Shown here piece by piece: positions 51,538 through 59,731 of a DNA stretch of 59,731 nucleotides. The DNA is from Chitinophagales bacterium (GTDB lineage Bacteria > Bacteroidota > Bacteroidia > Chitinophagales > JADJOU01), in contig JALOMB010000003.1 in assembly GCA_025455685.1 (NCBI GenBank), positions 1-59,731 on the forward strand, written 5' to 3'. A model generated the notes under the pieces. It was not told the DNA's origin and searched no databases. It was given only the letters and a program-made list of their open reading frames with translations. Position 1 is the first letter of the stretch. Each line of letters starts with the position of its first letter. The position numbers and the translations under genes are program-made.

Positions 51538-52605
51538 ATGAGTCACCAATTTGGTAGATTACTTCAATTAACGACCTATGGTGAGTCACATGGAGCTAGA
51601 ATTGGCGGTATTCTAACCGGAATGCCTCCTGGTATAAATCTAGATACAAATCTCATTCAGGAGAAAGTTAATCGTAGAAAAGCTAGCCAAAATTTGTTTT
51701 CTACCCCTAGAAATGAAAGCGATATCGTCGTTTATCATTCAGGCATTTACCAAGGTAAAACTACAGGCATGCCTATAGCCTTTTCTGTAGAAAATAAAAC
51801 TAAAAAATCCGAAGATTATGACAACCTAAAAGACATTTATCGTCCGAGTCATGCGGATTTTACCTATCATCAGAAATACAAAAATTATGACTATAGAGGC
51901 TCCGGAAGAGCTTCGGCTCGAGAAACCCTAAATTGGGTCATAGGTGGGGCAATTGCCGCTCATTTAATTCCTAAAATTCAGATTTTCCCTTATGTTAGCC
52001 AAATTGGTCATTTTTCACTGCTCGAAAATGAATTAGAAGATATCACCAATGCTTTTGATTATCCACTTCATTTTCCTAATCTGCGAAAAGGGGAAGAAGT
52101 GATGACATACTTATCCGAAATTCAAGCGCAAAAAGACACTTTGGGTGGGGCGATATCATGCATAATAAATAATTTGCCGGTGGGTTTAGGCGAACCTGTA
52201 TTTTATAAACTTCAATCAGCTTTAGCTGCTGCCATGATGGGCATCAATACAGCCAAAGGGTTTCTCCTAGAAAATGCCATACAAACAAGTCAATCTAGGG
52301 GCTCTCAAGTCAACGATGAATTTGACGAAGACTTCAAAACTAAAACCAATCATAGTGCTGGAATTTTAGGAGGAATTAGCAATGGTATGCCTATAGGCTT
52401 TACAGTGTATTTTAAGCCTATTTCTTCGATTGGTAAGCCTCAAAATACAGTAACGCATGAGGGTTTATCTACTCAAATCGAGATTGGTGGTAGGCATGAT
52501 GTCTGTGCTGTGCCTAGAGCAGTGGCTGTAGTCCAAGGACTCACAGAGCTAGTCCTTGCAGATTTGTGGCTGCTAGATAGATTGCACAATACCAAAATAT
52601 ATTAA
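51538..52605 (+). CDS. aroC: chorismate synthase
   Basis: TYGESHG, RPSHAD, GRASARET, GGISNG, FKPISSI, GRHDVC. Confidence 0.97.
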   Translation: MSHQFGRLLQLTTYGESHGARIGGILTGMPPGINLDTNLIQEKVNRRKASQNLFSTPRNESDIVVYHSGIYQGKTTGMPIAFSVENKTKKSEDYDNLKDIYRPSHADFTYHQKYKNYDYRGSGRASARETLNWVIGGAIAAHLIPKIQIFPYVSQIGHFSLLENELEDITNAFDYPLHFPNLRKGEEVMTYLSEIQAQKDTLGGAISCIINNLPVGLGEPVFYKLQSALAAAMMGINTAKGFLLENAIQTSQSRGSQVNDEFDEDFKTKTNHSAGILGGISNGMPIGFTVYFKPISSIGKPQNTVTHEGLSTQIEIGGRHDVCAVPRAVAVVQGLTELVLADLWLLDRLHNTKIY

Positions 52606-52611
52606 ACAAAA

Positions 52612-52633
52612 AAGCCTATCCGAAGATAGGCTT
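52612..52633. terminator. terminator hairpin between convergent genes
   Basis: AAGCCTATC-cgaa-GATAGGCTT preceded by an A run. Confidence 0.8.
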
Positions 52634-52658
52634 AAATATGGTGTATTAGTGATTTAGA

Positions 52659-53195
52659 CTAGAATACATATCCTACTCTGAGGTTTCCACCAAATCCCCA
52701 TTGACCATCATAATTAGAATCAAAAGGAATACTTCTGAAGAATTTAGGAGACAAACCAATTCTAAACTTTTCATTGATTTTGAAATCATAACCCACTTTT
52801 AGACCTGCGATGAAATCTGTACGTGTAGAAGTTACATTATTAACTTCAGTAGAGCCAAAATCAAAAGATAAATCAGTACCTACATAGAAACCATCAAAAG
52901 TTTCTTTGAAATAATACTTAACTCCTGGTTGAATTCCTATATTTCTATATGAATTTTTTCCAAAAGTAATTTCTGCATCTAGTCCTAAAGCGATGTTTTT
53001 GTTGATTCCATAATCAAATCCTACAAACCCTCCAAAAACTTGAAAGTCTTGTCCTCCTGAGCTAGGTGCTAAAAAGTTTCTACCTGCAGACCCGATAGAG
53101 ATCATTTTTTTGTTTGTAGTTGAAGTTGCTTCTGCTTGGGAAAAACCAGAAAATGTAATAAAGCAAAATGCTAAAAAAAGAAATAGTTTATTCAT
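52659..53195 (-). CDS. small outer-membrane beta-barrel protein
   Basis: Signal peptide, KYYFKETFDGFYVG, C-terminal LRVGYVF (BAM signal). Confidence 0.8.
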   Translation of the reverse strand: MNKLFLFLAFCFITFSGFSQAEATSTTNKKMISIGSAGRNFLAPSSGGQDFQVFGGFVGFDYGINKNIALGLDAEITFGKNSYRNIGIQPGVKYYFKETFDGFYVGTDLSFDFGSTEVNNVTSTRTDFIAGLKVGYDFKINEKFRIGLSPKFFRSIPFDSNYDGQWGFGGNLRVGYVF

Positions 53196-53303
53196 AATTA
53201 AAAAATTTTATAGTGATTAAAAAGTTTTGGCAAAAGTAATCTTATTTCTATCTCGCTGTTGTTAAATTGTTAAAAATTAAGTTAATAAAAAGTTAAGATA
53301 GTA

Positions 53304-53990
53304 TCAATCTTCAGATTTTATTTTTCCATCCTTGATTTCTATTATTCTATGGCTTAGTTTTGCTAATTCTTGGTTATGCGTTACGATGAGAAATGTCTGC
53401 TGAAACTCCCTATTGAGCTGCTGAAACAACTCATGAATCATAGTATAATTGGCAGAGTCTAAGTTTCCTGTAGGCTCATCGAGCAAAACAATTTCTGGTT
53501 CATTGACCAAAGCACGACAAATCGCTACACGCTGCTGCTCACCACCACTCATTTCATTAGGTTTATGGTTGGCACGATGCGTTATACCCATAAATTGAAT
53601 TAACTCATTTACTCTTGGCATATAGGCTTCTTTGTTTTTTTTAGCAATTAACGCAGGTAAGGCAATGTTTTCGAGTGCCGATAACTCAGGAATGAGCTGA
53701 TGGTGCTGGAAGACAAACCCAAATTTGAGGTTTCTAATATGCGCGAGTTCTTTTGAATCTAAGCGCACGAGATTTTTGTCCTGTAACCATATTTCTCCAG
53801 AATCCACAGGCATCAGCGTACCTAAGGCATGCAGCAAAGTAGATTTTCCTGCTCCTGATGACCCTACGATACTGGTAATTTTATGCTTTTCGACAGCTAT
53901 ATAATCTATGTCTAGCGCCACAAAATCTCCATAGGATTTCTTGAGCTTTTTCCCAATTAAACAAGCATCGTTTGATTGACTCGAACTCAT
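53304..53990 (-). CDS. LolD/MacB-type ABC ATP-binding protein
   Basis: GSSGAGKST, GFVFQHHQL, MSGGEQQRVA, DEPTGNLD; ATG 53990 lies downstream of a minus-strand TACTTTTG. Confidence 0.92.
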   Translation of the reverse strand: MSSSQSNDACLIGKKLKKSYGDFVALDIDYIAVEKHKITSIVGSSGAGKSTLLHALGTLMPVDSGEIWLQDKNLVRLDSKELAHIRNLKFGFVFQHHQLIPELSALENIALPALIAKKNKEAYMPRVNELIQFMGITHRANHKPNEMSGGEQQRVAICRALVNEPEIVLLDEPTGNLDSANYTMIHELFQQLNREFQQTFLIVTHNQELAKLSHRIIEIKDGKIKSED

Positions 53991-54107
53991 TTGTTTTTTG
54001 GACAAAAGTAAACTATTTTTTTTGTAAATAACCAAAATGATTTAGAAAAAAATTTATATTTTTACCTCATAAATATAAAAATTCAACTCTAAAACTAAAT
54101 CCTAGCT

Positions 54108-55298
54108 ATGAATTTACATGAACACCAAGCAAAAGAATTACTCAAAAAATATGGCGCCGCTATTCAAGAAGGTATCGCTGTAGAATCAGTAGATGAAGCT
54201 GTAAAAGCCGCAGAGCAACTCACACAAAGCACCGGCACACAGTGGTATGTCGTCAAAGCTCAAGTCCATGCGGGCGGAAGAGGTAAGGCAGGTGGTGTCA
54301 AACTTGCTAAAAATATTGAAGAACTCAAAGAAAAAGCAGGTCAAATCTTAGGTATGACCCTTATCTCTCCTCAGACAGGACCTCAAGGAAAAAAAGTAAA
54401 TCGTATTCTGATTGCCCAAGATGTATATTATGGAGATCAATCAGCTATCAAAGAATTCTATATTTCTATCCTACTCGACAGAGCCACTAAGAAGAATGTA
54501 ATCATTTACTCTACGGAAGGAGGAATGGAAATCGAAGAAGTTGCAGAGACTCATCCTGAAAAGGTTCATAAAGAATATATCGATCCTTTGCTCGGATTGC
54601 AAGCCTTCCAAGCGAGACAAATCGCCTTCAATCTCGGACTTAGTGGTCAAGCCTATAAAGAAATGGTGAATTTCGTAGATAAAATCTACAATGCCTATAT
54701 CGGAGCTGATGCATCCTTAGTAGAAATCAATCCATGTCTGAAAACATCTGACGATAAAATCATAGCTGTGGACGGTAAAATTTCTATAGATGATAATGCC
54801 TTGTATCGTCAAGTGGAGTTAGCAGAGCAAGAAGACAAAAGAGAGCTCGAAGCCATGGAAGTAGAAGCGATGAGTTATGATCTGAATTACGTAAAACTCG
54901 ATGGCAACGTTGGCTGTATGGTCAATGGTGCTGGTTTGGCTATGGCTACAATGGACATTATCAAACTTAGTGGTGGTGAACCTGCTAACTTTCTCGATGT
55001 AGGCGGTACGGCTAATGCTGAAAGAGTCGAAAAAGCATTTCGCATTATCCTAAAAGATCCTAATGTCAAAGCAATACTCATCAATATTTTTGGTGGAATT
55101 GTACGATGTGATAGAGTAGCACAAGGGGTAGTCGATGCCTATAAATCTATTGGCAATATTCCTGTGCCTATTATCGTAAGACTTCAAGGCACTAATGCTG
55201 AAGAAGGCAAAAAGCTTATCGACGAAAGCGGCCTAAAAGTACAGTCTGCTATCTTACTCAAAGAAGCCGCAGAAGCCGTAAAAGCAGTCATGGCTTAG
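54108..55298 (+). CDS. sucC: succinyl-CoA synthetase beta subunit
   Basis: [45 protein letters not shown]. Confidence 0.98.
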   Translation: MNLHEHQAKELLKKYGAAIQEGIAVESVDEAVKAAEQLTQSTGTQWYVVKAQVHAGGRGKAGGVKLAKNIEELKEKAGQILGMTLISPQTGPQGKKVNRILIAQDVYYGDQSAIKEFYISILLDRATKKNVIIYSTEGGMEIEEVAETHPEKVHKEYIDPLLGLQAFQARQIAFNLGLSGQAYKEMVNFVDKIYNAYIGADASLVEINPCLKTSDDKIIAVDGKISIDDNALYRQVELAEQEDKRELEAMEVEAMSYDLNYVKLDGNVGCMVNGAGLAMATMDIIKLSGGEPANFLDVGGTANAERVEKAFRIILKDPNVKAILINIFGGIVRCDRVAQGVVDAYKSIGNIPVPIIVRLQGTNAEEGKKLIDESGLKVQSAILLKEAAEAVKAVMA

Positions 55299-55328
55299 TC
55301 GAATTTGTGTGAAAATATAGACAATTTT

Positions 55329-55358
55329 AGGGCTATGCCGAAAGGTTAGCCCTTTTTT
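55329..55358 (+). terminator. intrinsic terminator after sucC
   Basis: AGGGCTA..CC-GAAA-GG.TAGCCCT followed by a T run. Confidence 0.85.
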
Positions 55359-55455
55359 ATTTTTTTTGTTGTTTACTTTTACGCCTTAAAAAAGGCAAAT
55401 TATCGGTACGATTCAAACTTTATCAAGGTGGATTCTAAAATATCTTATTTTAGTA

Positions 55456-58400
55456 TTGTTGGCTGTATTGTTAGTCAAAGCTATTATTTATATTTTCCTT
55501 CGGTATCATGAAGCATGGATTACCGCTGAGCTCAATCGTCAAATCCACCAAAATATATCACCTGACTTACATGTCGAGCAAGTATCTGTCCCTATCTGGG
55601 GTGTCTTGACGGGAACAGAATTCGAAATATCCAAGATTACTTGGCGGGACAGTCTATATCACAAGCACAAACAGAGTTTATTAGAAATTCCGAAAACCGC
55701 ACTCGGTATTCGATTGATACCCTTACTGCAAAAGAAAATTATTTTGACCAAAATTCATTTAGAACAAGCTCATTTTCAGCTTTTCACAGATGAAAAAGGT
55801 TATTCCAATGGCTATTTACTTGAATTTTCAAAAAAAAACCAAACAAATTCTAACAAAAATACCGAGGAAAAAAATTTCGAATTATCTATTCGAGAAATAA
55901 ATATCTCCAATACCTCAATTCAAATCAAAGATAAAAAAAACGCTCAGGATTTTGATTTTTTAATTCAAGAAATGCGCTTTTACCCAAATTTCCAAAACGG
56001 AGCAATCAATGGAAATCTCGCGCTAGATTTATACTGCAAATCTCTGGGATTCAACACGTCACAAGGTAGATTTCTTCAAAATGCACAAATTCATTTCAAA
56101 GAAAAAATCGAATTCGATACTTCTCACATGCTACACATGCCATCGACTGCCATTCGCATCAACGATGAAATCTTTCGAACCAGCCTCATGATAGGACTAG
56201 GAGCCCTCGACACCTTAAATATTCAAATCCAAAAACCCGATGCGCTTTACGCCAAAGTTATACCATTGCTCACCGATACCATACAGAAATCAATGAAAAT
56301 GGCAGAAATCAAAGGTGAAATTAAAGCGCAAGCATCGATTACGGGACGGTTGAGTCATAAAAATCCACGCATTTTAGTTAATTTCGACCTTAAGGAAAAT
56401 AAAGCTATTACCCCTTATGTAGATTTAGACAAACTCTCGACCCAAGGGTATTTCCTCAATCAAATCGATATATATCAACCACCTGAAGATAAAAATTCCG
56501 CGTTAGTTTTAGATTCAGTTCGTGGTCTGAGTCACGAGGTGAATTTCAAAACCAATCGATTGACCGTCGAAAATTTAGAAAAACCTATCATTCGCTCCAA
56601 TCTAGAATTCTACGGCAAAGTCACCGCCCTAAAGAAACTCGTCAAAGATTATCCCATTCGATTGATTTCAGGCGACTTCAAACTTTTTGGATTACTCGAA
56701 TCTGCCCCAAACCTAAATATCAAAGATTTATTGAATATTCGCGGTGGCTTCGAATTTAGCAATGTACAGCTCGCTCTTCCTAAATATGGTTATCTGATTC
56801 ATCACTTAAATTGTCGGGCTTTATACTTTGACAAGAAATTTAATATCGATAAGTTGTCTCTTGATTTAACGCCAATCAAGAGTCCGAAGGATGTTTTGAC
56901 CTTAATCTCAAAAAAGACTGATTTAACTATAGGAGATAAATTAAAAGTCCTGAGCGATATGGCGCTTCAAGCCGATGCAGGAATCTTAAACGCATTTCTC
57001 GCCAAAAAAGGCGTAAGCGCTAATAGCGGAAAAATTTCTTTTGACGGGGTGTTTGATGATTATATCGATTTCGACTGGAGAAATCCCCCTAAAGTCAAAG
57101 GAAAACTAAAATTAAATCATATTGATTTGACTGTCTTAGATTTACCTATGCGCTTCGCAGATATTACAGGTGATTTCGATTTACATCGAAATCAAGCCTA
57201 TACGGATCTCCTAGAGGCAAAACTCACGGACTCTGATCCCTCTAGTCCGCATACTCCTTTTGATCTTGCCTTTCGACGTGCGACATTTACTTTGTCCGAA
57301 GCTTTGTCTATAGATGGCGATTTTGAAATTTCAGGTCAAGCCGTGAGTCTAAGTCGATTTCTCCCAAAAGAAAAAATTAAACTTCATCGAGGCAATCTCA
57401 ATATTCAAGGTAATTATCACGGAAAAGTCGGTGATTTGATGCAAAACATCCAAAACACCAGAGCCGACGTACATTTTCACCAAATCGATTTAATTCTGCC
57501 AGATTTAGATTTTCATATCATCAATACAAGTGGAAAAATTAATTTAGATCGAGGAAAAATCAACTTAGAAAACTTCAAAACCTATTTCGGACCCAATGTC
57601 TTCCAAGTCGATATCAATTCTCCCAATATGCTTAGCTATTTGCTCGAAGACAAGCCTGAGCTCGATGCCGATATCCATATTCAATCAGCATATCTTTATT
57701 TGCCTACTCGTGCCGAAAAGCTCAATAATTTTGATTTTAGCACTAAGGATAAATCCGATAAAATACGTGTCAAAAACAAACCTTCTAGCTTGCTCAAGGC
57801 GCTTCGGGATTATCCCAAAATGAATTTCAACCTAAAAATCGATATCGACAGAATTCAGACGGAAGTCCTAGATTTTAGAAATTTTGAGTTAGATGCGACC
57901 AAACAAGGCAAAATACTTAACTTAAATCAAGCTAAAATGAATATAGGACAAGGCAAACTTCATCTATTTGGCAATTTGAAAGCAGAAAATCAAGGCTATC
58001 CCTTAAGCCTTCATACGCATTTCCAGAGAGCGGACTTGCAGAAAATGCAGCAGTTTATCCAAAAATACGGTGCGCTTAACTTGCCTATTTCTGTATTTGG
58101 GGAAATGAATCTCACTTCGCAACTCTCCGCAATCCTTTTAGAAGATTACCAACCTAAAAAGCATAGTATTCAGGGGGCTTATCAAATTGACTTGACTTCG
58201 CTACAAGTGCAGCATCTCGATCAAGTGGTCAATAAAAAACCGAAAGCCTTGTTTCGCAGTGCATTAGGCTGTATCTGTATCTCACCTTTTTCTGTGAAAA
58301 GCACCTTACAAAACGATACGATTTACCTCCCTGAGACATTCATCGTAACGCAGCACGGACCTGCATTTCTCTCAGGAAAATCTACTATCGATGGGTTTTC

Positions 58401-58557
58401 TGAATTTGATTTGAGTATTCCTAGATATAATCTATCAAATCTCATTTTCGGCACTAAGATTTCCAAACCTAATAAAATCGATGCGAAAAAGTATTTTGAG
58501 GTGAAAATCAAAAGTCTCAAAGCTCAGAAATCAAATCCTTCAAGTGCTCAGGATTGA
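55456..58557 (+). CDS. AsmA-family (repeating beta-groove) protein; start uncertain
   Basis: N-terminal TM anchor, IRLIPLLQKKI..I.L, long amphipathic beta repeats. Confidence 0.75.
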   Translation: MLAVLLVKAIIYIFLRYHEAWITAELNRQIHQNISPDLHVEQVSVPIWGVLTGTEFEISKITWRDSLYHKHKQSLLEIPKTALGIRLIPLLQKKIILTKIHLEQAHFQLFTDEKGYSNGYLLEFSKKNQTNSNKNTEEKNFELSIREINISNTSIQIKDKKNAQDFDFLIQEMRFYPNFQNGAINGNLALDLYCKSLGFNTSQGRFLQNAQIHFKEKIEFDTSHMLHMPSTAIRINDEIFRTSLMIGLGALDTLNIQIQKPDALYAKVIPLLTDTIQKSMKMAEIKGEIKAQASITGRLSHKNPRILVNFDLKENKAITPYVDLDKLSTQGYFLNQIDIYQPPEDKNSALVLDSVRGLSHEVNFKTNRLTVENLEKPIIRSNLEFYGKVTALKKLVKDYPIRLISGDFKLFGLLESAPNLNIKDLLNIRGGFEFSNVQLALPKYGYLIHHLNCRALYFDKKFNIDKLSLDLTPIKSPKDVLTLISKKTDLTIGDKLKVLSDMALQADAGILNAFLAKKGVSANSGKISFDGVFDDYIDFDWRNPPKVKGKLKLNHIDLTVLDLPMRFADITGDFDLHRNQAYTDLLEAKLTDSDPSSPHTPFDLAFRRATFTLSEALSIDGDFEISGQAVSLSRFLPKEKIKLHRGNLNIQGNYHGKVGDLMQNIQNTRADVHFHQIDLILPDLDFHIINTSGKINLDRGKINLENFKTYFGPNVFQVDINSPNMLSYLLEDKPELDADIHIQSAYLYLPTRAEKLNNFDFSTKDKSDKIRVKNKPSSLLKALRDYPKMNFNLKIDIDRIQTEVLDFRNFELDATKQGKILNLNQAKMNIGQGKLHLFGNLKAENQGYPLSLHTHFQRADLQKMQQFIQKYGALNLPISVFGEMNLTSQLSAILLEDYQPKKHSIQGAYQIDLTSLQVQHLDQVVNKKPKALFRSALGCICISPFSVKSTLQNDTIYLPETFIVTQHGPAFLSGKSTIDGFSEFDLSIPRYNLSNLIFGTKISKPNKIDAKKYFEVKIKSLKAQKSNPSSAQD

Positions 58558-58668
58558 TTTTTTTTTCTGGCAAAAAGTATTTTATTTATTATCTTTGTGT
58601 ATGATTTTTAAAGTTTTTGGATTTTACTTCACCCGACCTAACGGCAATGCTGAGCGTTGTATGCCATT
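58546..58668 (+). mobile_element. degenerate attC-like recombination site with internal promoter
   Basis: GCTCAGGATTG (58546-58556) pairs 10/11 with CAATGCTGAGC (58645-58655), which is followed by GTTGTATGCCATTT; TATCTTTG lies at 58590-58597; codon style changes downstream. Confidence 0.45.
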
Positions 58669-58720
58669 TTAACTGAACTGTACTAACAATCAATAAAACA
58701 GATAAATAACAAGTCAAAAT

Positions 58721-59271
58721 ATGAAGAAAATTATTATTTCAACTATAGTATCAACAGTGATACTTTTTTGTGGAGTGGCTTAACTCAGATGTTTCCGTGG
58801 GGTGTGCCAACAGCACAAGTAATTAGTTCACAGACTATAAAAAAGACAGAAAGTTTTCAGGCACCAAACCTGATAGAACTTCCTGCAAATAGTTTGACAA
58901 CAGACAAATTTGACCAGCAAATGGTTGATAAAATAAGTACACTAACAACAGACAAAACTTTTTCTTGGATAATTACCAAACCAACTTCCTATTATAACGT
59001 CGGACAATATTTTATACGAGAAATTTTCACTCAATTAGTTGTTGCATTTTTGTTAACCCTACTTTTATTTTTTACAACAAAACACAATTTTAAAACAAGG
59101 CTTATCATAACATTACTTGTTGGAACAATGGCGGTTACAGCAATATTTGGTCAGATGCTAAATTGGTGGGGTATTCCTGCAATTTATGCTTTGGGTGCAG
59201 GTTTCAACTTAATAATTGGTTGGTTTTTGATTAGTTTTGTATCTTCAAAATGGATAATTAAAAGTGAATAA
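58721..59271 (+). pseudogene. membrane protein gene with a 1-nt frameshift in a T6 run
   Basis: ATG 58721 gives MKKIIISTIVSTVILF and stops at 58783; one extra T at 58764-58769 fuses it in frame to LWSGLTQMFPWG... Confidence 0.7.
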
Positions 59272-59272
59272 T

Positions 59273-59731
59273 ATGACTCCTCTTTTTAAAAAATTAAACT
59301 TTAAAGAACAAACTAGTATTCTTGCTGTCAACAATCCTAAATCATTTGAGTTAGAACTTGAAGCGATGTCAAAAACTGCAACAATTGAAAGAGATATAGC
59401 AAAAATAAAAGAAATAGAATTTGCAATCTGTTTTATAACAACCCAAAATGAAATAGACAATTTTGTGTCGGACATTTATCCAAAATTAAAGGGAGATACT
59501 ATAATTTGGTTATGTTATCCGAAAACAACTTCAAAAAATTACAAGTGCGACTTTAACAGAGACACAGGTTGGTCAAGTTTGGGTAAATATAATTTAGAAC
59601 CAGTGAGACAAGTAGCCATTGATGAAGATTTTAGTGCTTTACGTTTCAGAAAAGTTGAGTACATAAAAACAATAACAAGACGTGAAAGTTATGCTTTGAC
59701 CTCAGATGCAAAAAAAAGGACAACACAAAAA
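59273..59731 (+). CDS. conserved hypothetical protein (DUF3052-like), runs off window
   Basis: MTPLFKKLNFKEQ...IWLCYPKTTSKNYKCDFNRDTGW...VRQVAIDEDFSALRFRKVEYIK; open to the end of the window and not in the ORF track. Confidence 0.82.
   Translation, partial: MTPLFKKLNFKEQTSILAVNNPKSFELELEAMSKTATIERDIAKIKEIEFAICFITTQNEIDNFVSDIYPKLKGDTIIWLCYPKTTSKNYKCDFNRDTGWSSLGKYNLEPVRQVAIDEDFSALRFRKVEYIKTITRRESYALTSDAKKRTTQK

Noticed and set aside
54108..55298. sucC without sucD (and gcvP without gcvT/gcvH)
   Set aside because: Dispersal of these genes is ordinary in Bacteroidota

Overview
Most of the window (about 1.6-58.6 kb) is AT-rich Bacteroidota core chromosome. The EF-Tu and RpoB style looks Chitinophagales/Saprospirales-like, promoters are TAnnTTTG type, and A-rich upstream regions replace Shine-Dalgarno sites. 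It holds a cdd-metH(split)-small ORF-photolyase operon, gcvP, a T9SS type-B cargo/porP/porE-like locus with mlaD, selO, the tRNA-tuf-secE-nusG-rplKAJL-rpoBC cluster, sufA/sufBC, folB, dnaB, an OmpR-type regulator, mnmA, menA, aroC, sucC and an AsmA-family gene. Both ends differ from this core. The first ~1.6 kb is visibly GC-richer and encodes a Planctomycetota-like metK, which the ORF track missed, plus an HEXXH peptidase; this is probably a contig join or contamination. From ~58.55 kb there is a degenerate attC-like inverted repeat with an internal promoter. It is followed by two cassette-like genes with different codon usage, the first frameshifted in a T run; this is the best candidate for a novel system. 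Other notable points are an RpoB H526N-equivalent rifamycin-pocket variant, a divergent EF-Tu, a catalytically dead CapA-SPOR fusion, boxA plus internal terminators in the tRNA-tuf operon, a Fur-like box at sufB and DnaA-like boxes at dnaB. All calls were made by eye; no searches were run.
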